Shown here piece by piece: positions 48,701-59,252 of a DNA stretch of 64,000 nt. Source of the stretch: Psammoneis japonica (taxonomy: Eukaryota); assembly GCA_008632985.1 (NCBI GenBank), contig QPGO01000053.1, positions 248,001-312,000 on the forward strand, read 5' to 3'. Below the pieces are notes generated by a model, which saw only the letters and a program-made list of their open reading frames with translations, ran no database searches and was not told the DNA's origin. The stretch's first letter is position 1; each line of letters starts with the position of its first letter. Both the position numbers and the translations under genes were made by a program.

Positions 48701-50490
48701 GGCTGCTGTGCTGTTTCCAGGCACCTTTGTCTGTCTGTGTTGCCATTTTGATGTGAGCACAGCTCCAGTTGGAGTGGTGGGTGAGCTGTCGCTTGTTGTG
48801 GATTTGGTTTTCATGCTTTTGTTGGGTGCTGAGCTTTTAGATGCACAGCTGGCCAGCTGCTGCTCCACCATGTGCTGCACTGCAGCCAAAGCCTTGTGGT
48901 TTTTGAGTGCAGAACAAACAACACACACAAGGGGCAAATTTCCTTTTTTGTGCACCCCTTGTGCTGCTAAAACCCACATGCTTTTTGTGTGTGCAGCAAA
49001 CAGTGCAATTGTTGCAAACTCTGACAACCTTCTTTGACCAAAAAAAGGTTGTTGTTTTGTTTTTAAAAATCACACCTGTGTGCTCACCCCAAAGTGTTGG
49101 GCAATTATTCTCAACAATGGGGCAGTGGGGGGATGCAGAGCACAGCTCAAGAATGTGATCCAGCACAAAAAAGCCAACCTCCGCCAGTGCTCTGGATGAT
49201 TTGGTCAGCCAGATGGTGTCCCTGGGAGCATCCACACCATCTCATCCCAACTGGCAATGGTGTTGGAGCCCAGCCACCAGCCACTTGTGCCTGTCAGCTG
49301 AGTTTCAAAAAATGTTTGAAGTGCCAGCCCATTTTTTGTGGCAAGAAGCAGCAACACCCAATGTGCACTCAACAAATCCAGCAAATTCCACACATCTTTG
49401 CCAGCCATCAATGCTGTCAATGCACCAACTGTGTTGAAGTTCATGTGGACTGTGCCAGAGTCACAAAAGCTGCTGAGTCTGCATGCAAGGCTTGGAGAGA
49501 GTTCATTTTTGGCATGCAAGCACAAACCCATGTGGGGCTCAGCATGCTCCTCAGCTCCATGCAGAACAGTGGCACAAGGATCAGAAAGATCCATCACTGT
49601 TTCAACCAACCTGGAGAACATGGAGACATGAAACAACATGACAGTGGTGCAAGAGCACTCCTCCAGCCACAGGTTGCAGCACGAACCAGCTTTTCCATTT
49701 TGTTTTGAAAGAAGACTCTTGCACAGCATGCACAGCCAGGAGGATCAACACAAAAAAAGCACAACACACACAAGTGACAGCTGGCTTCCAGTGAGCACAA
49801 GTGCACTTGTGCAATTCGTTGCTGTTGTTGTTTGCAGTCAATGACGACTTTGTCATTTGCAATCCAGAGAACTCCACAATCAAGAGCTCTCAGCAGCAAA
49901 AGTGAGCCAAGGCAAACGCTCTGGAGTGACAGCAGCACATTGCAGCAGCAGCACTTTTGACAAGTTGAGATCTTTTAACTGTGCCCAGTTGGATCTGTGC
50001 TGAGCAATGTTTCTGAAAAGCAACGCAGGAATCACAAGTGCGAATGTTCCAACACAACATTCTTCCTCTTTTTAATCTCCCAGAAATTCGTGAGCACATT
50101 GAAGCCCATCTGCCCCCAGTGAGAGACACATGCACCAATTGAGTGTTTCTTGCAGCATTGGAGAAAAGACAACTGGTGAAACCACAGTGTGCCAAGGACA
50201 GTGAGTGCCTCACCGAACCAAACTTTGCAGCTGCTGTGTCTTGTGCGCATGTCGTGGGGGGTGGGTGGGTGGGGGGGTTCATTTTTGCTGCTGACAATTC
50301 CATTCTTTGTTTAGGCCTGTTCAGTCTCCGAGCATGTGAGCTCGTCAAATGATTCGCGGGAGATAGATGCCCCTGCTTGTGCTGATAAATGAGTTTTGCA
50401 TGGTTGGTCCCATGTGCCGGTATGATGGGAAACAGCATCACACATGAAAATTGTTTCCGTTGACAGCACAAGCAAGAGACACGCCTGCCA
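39790..50490. mobile_element. Degenerate TE block, TpA/CpG-depleted, containing the nested old Copia
   Basis: Abrupt loss of TA and CG with TG/CA excess; ~120-bp internal direct repeat at ~40328-40447 and ~40759-40880. Confidence 0.65.
41289..47919 (+). mobile_element. Full-length but heavily decayed Ty1/Copia LTR retrotransposon (CoDi-II-like)
   Basis: LTRs 41289-41637 and 47574-47919 (TGTTG...CAACA); TSD GTTGT at 41284-41288 and 47920-47924; AGCAGGAGTG before the 3' LTR. Remnants: DPIKLLRLVHSL (gag), HMPEVECSVKAIKER (IN), ADVPNTFIQ and LWHKKF (RT), SSTKAE and ILCQDNKSAI (RNase H). Confidence 0.9.
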
Positions 50491-50985
50491 GGCAAAATAC
50501 CGGTAGAAAAATGTCAAAACCAACCATTATAATGTACATAAAATTCGAATTTCGATTAACATCTATGCGCACTAAGGGTAGGATGATGAAACTGACTATG
50601 TAGAAGTTTTCGCACGAATGAGTCATGATACACACAGCACATCACTATTACCTTTATATCATAATTTTGAGTTTACAGGACGTATGCAAAATACATAAAA
50701 TGATGTTCGTGAACAAACTTTATATATGTTGTTTTGATCGTGTGGTTGCCTCACAGAATTTTTTAACAACATTCAGATTTGAAAAAAATTGGTTGATGGC
50801 GTGGCCACACCGCAACTTGAAACTGCACAAGAAGAAACGCCATGTCGTTAGCCCTACTGTAGGGTTGCACTCTACAATACTGCTACACCTCATCTGTGGG
50901 ACGGTCCGGTATCAGTTATACTACTCTGCTCATCGTATCTAATTAGAAAATACACGTTTCCCTTTTCTCTGTAAAGCTCTTCATT

Positions 50986-52315
50986 ATGTCAAAGTTGTAC
51001 CAGGATCCGTTTGGCCCACCGTGGCGATTGAACTGGCTTCGCATGATTCTTACGTGGGAAGCGAGCATCTTTCAGTTTTTCTGGGTCGAGTGGTTCCTCG
51101 CGCTCGTTGTCTGTACTATAGTTATTTTGACAATTTACTATGCTCGAGAAGACACCAACCAAGATGAACTAGACACAGATTTTCTGTCGCTCGTGGATAC
51201 TGTCAGTTTCATCAACACACGCTTTCAAGCTGCTGTTGGTTTGATGCTCGGTTTTTACACTTCCACTATTTACGGGCGATGGTGGAGCGTTCGCTCTACA
51301 GAAGGAAGCTGTATGGGCGGAGTCTACACCCTCTCTGTGAAGGTTGCAACGTTGATTCGAGATAGCGAGACATCGCAGCAGATCCTTGGTCAAAACAGAG
51401 TAGACGGAGACGATTCCACAACTGAGTATAGTTCCGACGCCGAAGAGATCGTACCCGCTGTGCAAGATGTACGCATGCAGCTCGTTCGTTGGGTTAACTT
51501 GGCACATGCCTTACGCGTGGGAGAAGTGTTTGAGAAGGTGCCAAACGAGTTCTCTTCGTTGGAAGCGCTGATGGACTGCGGACTCTGCACAAAATCCGAG
51601 TATGAGTATTTGAATGAGACTAGCCGCTCGCGCTTTGTTGTTCCTCTATTGTGGTTCCAAGATCTTGTGATGCAGCTCACCGAGAAGGAGCTTTTCGGTT
51701 GCAATGAGTCGAGGATCAGACTCTTTATTGAGCCAATCTGCGCAATGCGTGGGTCGTTGGGCGGACTCGGAACTCCAAAAAGTGTGCCGGTACCTCTCTC
51801 TTATCGCCAGTTGGTGAATGTGACGGTGCGCTCTTACATGGCCATTTCCCTCATCGCTTCAGCCCTCATAGATATCCGCAAAGAAGAGAATTTAGGAGGG
51901 TTGACTAAAGGAGGTACGTTTCCTCATGGCGAGATCCCCTCCAGTGCTGTTTGTGTATCACACCGACTAAAATACGCTCTTCCCTTGTACAGCGTTTTGG
52001 TCAATTCTCTCCTTTGCCTTTGAGTATTTTTTGTTCGTTGGATGGTTGACAAGCGCGGATGCCTTGGCCAATCCCTACAGGTACTGGGCGGACGCATTTG
52101 AATGGGAGTCCTATGTCAGTTCGACTCTTCTAAACACGATGGACATATCAACTGGATATAGAAATGGTTCCAGTTCCCTCTCCGTGGTTAACGCAAGCTG
52201 TAAAGCTGTGCGCACAAAAATGATGAAACGATCTTACTCATCATTGGATACTGCGCTGAAGCATAAGAAGCATACAAGAAAATCTATGATTGTTGGCCAC
52301 TATGCTAATGAGTGA
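50986..52315 (+). CDS. Bestrophin-like channel, copy 1 (intron 51914-51992)
   Basis: LTWEASIF, LGFYTSTIYGRWW, LVRWVNL, VPVPLSYRQLV and FVGWL..ADALANP. Confidence 0.82.
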
Positions 52316-52499
52316 CTTGGCTGCAACAGACAAGAGAAATCAGCTGGGAACATATCATAAGGGTATGGTGTACCGTAGATATCTTTTAATTTAGAACAGT
52401 TGCAACATCTCACGCATGCATAATAGTGTCTATTACAAGCTACATTTCTTATCATCTTAAAGCGGCACTCGTGACCAAGGACTGAACAAGACCGCCCAT

Positions 52500-55400
52500 T
52501 TGATGATGCAAGTGAAAGTGTCATTCGTGCAGCACCTTGGTGCAATGATGTGGTGCACTTGCAGGCAGCGCTTGTTCTTGGCCTCATGGCAGCTTTGGCA
52601 GATTGCAGCCAGATGGTGTTGTCCTCAAATTGTTTCATGTAACAAGCCACCAGTGCATTCTGAGAGCCAGCTTTCAAAATCTTGGAGTGCACAATGTGTT
52701 TCAATGTTTGTGTGCAAGCCCACTGTGTTGAATGCAAAGGCAGTTGTGCCTCAGGCAGCAGCCATGTCACAGCTTGCAGGTTGGCAAGGGACTTGGCATG
52801 AATCTCTGTCTGTGATGAACAAGTGGGAGAGCACAAGCAGCTTTTTTTATTTGCTTGTCTTGCCAGATCAAGAACATTCTGCTGAGACTGCCAATGCAGC
52901 TGATGGGGAATCTTGTTCTTCAGGGGCAGCAATGAACTTTTGTGGTGATGCAGAGTTCTTGGATGTGGCAGGACAGGATGAAATCTTCTGTCACAAGGCA
53001 GGTGTGTGTGTGCTCTGCAGCAGCCAAGAAATCTTCTGCTTCCTTCAATGCTTTCACAAGCTGTCTTTTTGTGTCCTTAGCAAGGAGTTGGTCTGTTGCC
53101 AGTTGTGGAGTCTTCAGGTGTTGGCAGTTCTGCTCATTTAACAGGCAGCCTCTGTCAAGGCCAGAGTCTGCTTTTTTGAGGCTTGTGGGAAGTGGTGCTG
53201 TGCTGGCACAAGAGTTTCCAGCATCTTGAGCCAGCCACTGCTTGGCAGCTCACTTGTTCAATGCAATTTGCAAAGTCCACCATTTGTTGTTGCCACAGGA
53301 CCAACCAAATGCCTGGCTGCAAGCAAGCTCTTGGAGGGTGGTGCCTTGACAAAGCTCAACAGCAGCAAGGTGACAGAAATGAGCCAAAACTGTGAAGAGG
53401 GCATGGTGGCTTTGGTGAGCCAGTGTCTTCCCACAGAGGGCAGAACCACTTTAGAAACATTGCTTGAGGTGATGCTTTGTGAGAAAGCCACCCAGCAGCA
53501 TTGAAGCTCATGAGCATGTGGCACACATTGTCAAGCTTGGCAAAGCCATGCCATTTGAGCCTCTTTCCCTCCAGAGGTGGGGATGGTGAAGATGAGCTGA
53601 TTGTCCCTCCAGAAGATGGCAAACTGGTTGACCTGCTTGAGTGGCACACAGCACCAAATGCTCAGCAATGGCACATGGTCCTTCAGGACTTCAATCTGCC
53701 AGCTGGCCAGATCCAAAATTTTCACATCATCACCTCAAAGGAGCACACATCCTCATTGAACAGCAAGTCAATGCAAGCTGCTGGTGCTGGCACCTTTTTG
53801 AAAGGGTCACCAGCAAGAAAACCAGCAAGAAAAGATGCCACAAGAAAAACGCGAATTCCTGAGGTTTGGCCCAAAACCAGGACAAAGATCCTGTGTGTTC
53901 CATGGTTTTCATTGCTGCAATGTGACCAAGGAATGTCATGCACCAAAGCACCAATGACCAACAACTCAAAAATTTGCATGACCCAGCAAAGTGATTTCAG
54001 CTGTCTGCTGAAAATTGTGTGGTGCACACCCAAAAAATCCAACATTTGCTTCACAAGTTTTTTTCACCATTTTGCTCAGAATCTTGGACAACAATGAGAA
54101 AATTGCAGAGGTTTCCATGCATTTTTGGTGCAAAGAAAAAGTCAGTTTTGGCAACATGCTGACTGACCACCAACCAAAACAACTTCCGACCTCCCTCCTG
54201 GGGGGCTGTGCATGTTGCATTCAAGCCTTTGTGAGTGGTTCCAACTCAAGAGAACCTGGCTGTGCTGTTGCATGAAGCAGTGCAATGTTGACAGAAAAAA
54301 TGATCATCACATTGGTTGCCATGATTTTGGTGTTGTCAGAGCTGACCGTGAAAGTCCACACAGCACGCAGCAGGGTGCAATCACACAAGTCCACTTGGAC
54401 AACTTATTTAGAAGGAATGCTCATCAATCATCTCATTGCCAGTGTTGGGCTTTTGCAAACAGGCCTCTTGTCCAGTTTCTGTCAGCACTGACAAGCCCAA
54501 TTTGTGAAACTGGTGTCTGGAGTTGATCTTGTTCTTGAATCGCAAGTGAACACACAGCCCAAGACTCAGCCAATGTGAGCAACTCATCAGAGTGTCTGAT
54601 GAACAAATCTTCATTGAAAATCAACTAATGCAAGATCATCCATGTGCAAGACTTTCTCAACATGATGGCACCCCAGGTTAAAACAAAGATCCCATCCTTG
54701 GAGTCTTCAGCTCCTGGAGCCACAAAATCCTGGCCTCAGCGATTGTTGGCTTCAGCAACAAGCACTCAGGTGCAAAACTTGCTGCAATGTGGCCTGCCAT
54801 GACTTTGACTCTGTTGCCCCATTTGCAATCTTCCAGTGCTTCAAACAAATTGGCTTTTGTGTTGATCACTGTGATGCACACCTGAGTCATCATGTCCCCT
54901 GGCCCAGTCAACCCAAACTCTGTTGGCCGAGTGCCCTTTCTTGTTCCAGCCCTTGCCCAGCCACCAGAGCTGCTGGACTTGGCTGCAGGTCACCCAATGC
55001 TAAAACACAACCTTTTGAATTCCCAGAGCCTTGGCTTGTTTGCACCCAAAATCACCTGGTGTTGGGCGGCCATCTCATGAGCCAGAGTTTTGACAACAAA
55101 ATGAGCTGCACGTGGTCAGCGGGGTGGGAGAGGCACTGCAAAACCAACACCCATGCTGGAGCCTGATGGGGAGCAAATGGCTGGTTTCACTCCAACTGGA
55201 TGATCTGATGAACCCAGCAATGACCCACCTGACTTGCCCTGGGGCCCCGCACGCAACATCCAGGCACACAACAGCAAAGAGGGGCGGGGTCTGTGGGGCA
55301 AGGCCAGCGCTGAAGAACATCCCTCTTGAGCCTGACTTCTTCCTTTTCAGGCACACAAGAACATGATTTGTGCCCTGGCAACAGAGGAAGCACATGTGTG

Positions 55401-55590
55401 ATCCAACAAGAGCCAACAAAGAATGAGATGATGGCAGTTGAGCCTTGCATCACATTGCACTGCAAGAGAGCCGCACGTGGTTGCAGGCTTTTTGAACCCC
55501 ACACTGGACCTCAGACAGTCTTCTGGTGGGCGATCACACTTCTCTTCCAAAGATCAGAAATCACACCTGCGGTCAGGCTGTAAACAAACC
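52500..55590. mobile_element. Unclassified TpA/CpG-depleted insertion between the two bestrophin duplicates
   Basis: Same compositional signature as the other TE blocks; sits at the duplication junction; no recognisable domains. Confidence 0.55.
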
Positions 55591-55871
55591 ATAAGGATTG
55601 CCAACAACAGCAAAGACAGATGCAACAGAAAACGAGCTGGGCGGGTGGGTAGGGTGCGGCAGTGACATTTTTTATTTTTTGGGCATGTTCGCGTTTGCGT
55701 TGCATCTCACGCGCGCATTTTCAACGGATGATGGTGCGATGACGATGACGAGACGACGAACGACGATGCACATTGAACATGCACAAGAAGACGAAGCATG
55801 AAAAGGCCACTTCATTGTTTCCAACTAGAAGAACACACTGTTTCCCTTACTCCACAAGGTAGCTCTTCATC

Positions 55872-57200
55872 ATGTCAAAATTGTACCAGGATCCATTTGG
55901 CCCACCGTGGCGATTGAACTGGCTTCGCATGATTCTTACGTGGGAAGCGAGCATCTTTCAGTTTTTCTGGGTCGAATGGTTACTCGCCGTCGTTGTCTGC
56001 ACTATAGTTATTTTGACTATTTACTATGTTCGAGAAGGCACCAACCAAGATGAATTGAACGAAGAATTTCTGGCACTTGTGGATACCGTGACGTTCATTA
56101 ACACACGCTTTCAAGCTGCTGTTGGTTTGATGCTTGGTTTTTACACTTCCACCATTTACGGGCGCTGGTGGAGCGTTCGGTCGACGGAAGGAAGCTGTAT
56201 GGGTGGAGTCTACACCCTCTCTGTGAAGGTTGCAACGTTGATTCGAGATAGCGGGACATCGCAAGAGGCCCTTGGGCAAAACGGAGTAGATGGAGACGAT
56301 TCCACCACTGAAGACAGTTCGAAGCCGAAGAGAACGTACCCAAAGTGCAAGATGTACGCATGCAGCTCGTTCGGTGGCTTAACTTGGCACATGCTATACG
56401 CGTGGGAGAAGTGTTTGAGAAGGTGCCAAACGAATTCTCTTCGTTGGAAGCGCTGATGGACTGCGGACTCTGCACACAATCCGAGTATGAGTATTTGAAT
56501 AAGACGAGCCGCTCGCGCTTTGTGGTTCCTCTAATGTGGTTCCAAGATCTTGTGATGCAGCTCACCGAGAAGGAGCTTTTCGGTTGCAACGAGTCGAGGA
56601 TCAGACTTTTTCTTGAGCCAATCTGCGCAATGCGTGGGTCGTTGGGCGGACTCGGAACTCCCAAGAGTGTGCCGGTACCTCTCTCTTATCGCCAGTTGGT
56701 GAATGTGACGGTGCGCTCGTACATGGCCATTTCCCTCCTCCAATCGGCCCTCGTAGATATGCGCAAAGAAGAGAATTTAGGAGGGTTGACTAAAGGAGGT
56801 ACGTTTTCTCATGGCGAGATCCCCTCCAGTGCTGTTAGCGTGTCACACCGACTATCTAACTCTGTTCCGTTACACAGCGTTTTGGTCAATTCTCTCCTTT
56901 GCCTTTGAGTATTTTTTGTTTGTTGGATGGTTGACAAGCGCGGATGCATTGTCGAATCCCTATAGGTACTGGGCGGACGCATTTGAATGGGAGTCCTATG
57001 TCAGTTCCACTCTTCTAAACACGATGGACATCTCAACGGGCTATAGAAATGGTTCGAGTTCCCTCTCCGTGGTTAACGCAAGCTGCGAGGCGGTGCGAGC
57101 GAAAATAACGCAAAGGTCTTACTCATCGTTGGATTCCGCACTGAAGAAACAAAAGCATACCAGAAAATCTATTGTTGTTGGCCACTACAGTAATGAGTAA
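55872..57200 (+). pseudogene. Bestrophin-like channel, copy 2, frameshift near 56320
   Basis: Near-identical to copy 1, but the frame shifts between ORFs 55872-56456 and 56345-56908. Confidence 0.78.
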
Positions 57201-57387
57201 CATGGCTGACAACAGACAAACGAGTTTGCTGAGTCTCTACCAAAGGGTTTGGTGTACCGTAGAGATCCTTTAATTTAGAATAGTACTTGCGACGCCTTCC
57301 GCGTTTAAAAATGTGTCTACGGCAAGATCTATTTCTTTTCAACTGTACTATAAAGTGGCATTATATAGCTTGTAACAGATGCAGAAG

Positions 57388-58471
57388 TTAGTCGTCTGCC
57401 TTTAGGACAAAGACGGCGCCCATGGCCAAGGACAGAACAAGACTGCCCATTTGGTGGTAAAAGGCTTGCTTCTTCCAATGTCGTCTGCGCTTCTGCAGCG
57501 GAAATGTCGAGTCGACAATGAGCAATGCATTGGCACAACTAGCATATCCGACAGCCTTGAGAGGCTTGACTCCAAACGCAATGCACCTCGGAGCACCGCA
57601 CTCACAAGCTTCATTTGACCAGAATGACGGTAAGAGCCTTGGCAACAGCTAGAATAGCGTGAGGGAAAAGAATGAATGTCAACAAGACCACTACGATATC
57701 CCAGTGCTTTTTTCTTCTTTTCATCCACTTACGTTTTTCACTGAGATCTGTTCCCATCATTTTCTTGGCCGCACCGACGGGATCGATGTACTTCGCACCT
57801 CCTTGAATAGCCGGCATGACGGCAAGGATTTCAATAACAGGTCCCAAATGCAAGTTATCGGTTAAGATGGCTGTTGTACAAGTTGCTGCGGCCAACGTCA
57901 TTACACTCATTAAATTCTGAACGCCAAACTCTGCGAATTTGCCGTTGACCAGGTTCTTAGCGAGAAAAAAGAGATCCGGCAGAGTACCATATGCAATAGC
58001 CGTCTCGGGATCTACTATACCAGTCGCAGCAAGGTATCCTGTAACTCCATATTCCAGCGCAAACGCTCCAATGGCTTCTTCGGCATAGGCAGCATCAGGG
58101 TCATCTGCTCCAGACGTGCCGAGTAGTTTGGTTCCGACACTGGGCAACGCTGCCAAGATGATGCCGTGAAACGCATTAACTCCTCCAAATACGTTGAGCA
58201 AAATGGAAGTTACATCCAAACACGGAACAGAGTCCGATTCAGCTGCCAAAGACGCGGGGATCTCAACACCGGGACTCAAAGTCGGAGCAGCAGTCTCGGT
58301 GCCACCACGAGGCACAAGGGTGCATTCGCTTCTAGTAGGATGATGGGACGGGTTATTCTTCAAAGTTGGTGGCAGCCTGAACGGAGAAACCGCCCATCCG
58401 CTACGACGGCATGTCACGACGTTGGGGTAGAGCAAGAGAGCGACAGATAAAATAACAGATCGAAGCGTCAT
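57388..58471 (-). CDS. Hypothetical membrane protein with signal peptide; second exon appears frameshifted
   Basis: 286-aa ORF to a probable intron at ~57650-57730; continuation AFGVKPLKAVGYA..LVLSLAMGAVFVLKADD lies in another frame. Confidence 0.6.
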
Positions 58472-59252
58472 GGTGAGATTGATGTTGATGTTGTGGTGTC
58501 AACATCATCCACACCACGCGGCGCGGGCGGGTCGTTCGGAAATCCTGTGCTCGCTCAAAGATCGAGGCAATGACGTCATCCGAATCCCCGACTGAAACAG
58601 CACGAGCATCCACCATGCCAATCGCTTGTGCGTCGTAGAATTGCAGCTCTCTCAAGCACTTGTCTCAAAGCACCAAAGAGCTTCAAATATGAAATGGTCC
58701 TGGGGTTTAGTGTCTTTACATTGCGGGGGAAATCGTCTTTGACCGCCATTTTCTTGCCAGCTGGTGCACGGAAGAAGGTAGGATGGGCCTTCATCCGCAC
58801 ACGAACGCTACACAGACCTTGGAGGGAGTTTTACGAGCGAGGAACAGACCTTGGAGGGAGATTCCAAATCACCGTGCAGTCAAAAGATCTCGATCTTGGA
58901 ATCTGAGATCTTGCGAAATTTCAAGGTTCACCAAACGACGGGACACAAGAGCTGCCGCGGCTTCGCAGACCAGTAGCACTAGAACATGAACGCAATTGTT
59001 GTTTAGTATTGAACATGTTTCGTCTTTGTTGTGGAGGCAGCGAAGAGTTTGATAGGACGAAGGCGGCCCTGGTAAGTTTTTGAAAATGTTGTTTGTCTGA
59101 AATCTCACCGTCTCTACTAGCTAGAAGGTGGAGGGCACCTGTACGACAGATGGTGTCACTACCCACGATGTGGTCATGGACATAAGTCACTTAAAAGTAG
59201 AAATCAATATGCTCTGTTCATGGTTGACCATTTTTTGTTTTCCTTTTTACAG

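Noticed and set aside
39790..50490. Classical fungal RIP, or CpG decay alone
   Set aside because: RIP enriches TpA, and CpG decay cannot deplete it.
39784..50505. Terminal inverted repeats (TTTTGCC / GGCAAAA) at the block ends
   Set aside because: Only ~7 bp match and there is no TSD.
10276..55590. Dozens of overlapping Cys/His-rich ORFs in all six frames within the depleted blocks
   Set aside because: Artefact of TA loss: TAA/TAG stops vanish and TGY/CAY codons accumulate. They are not metal-binding proteins.
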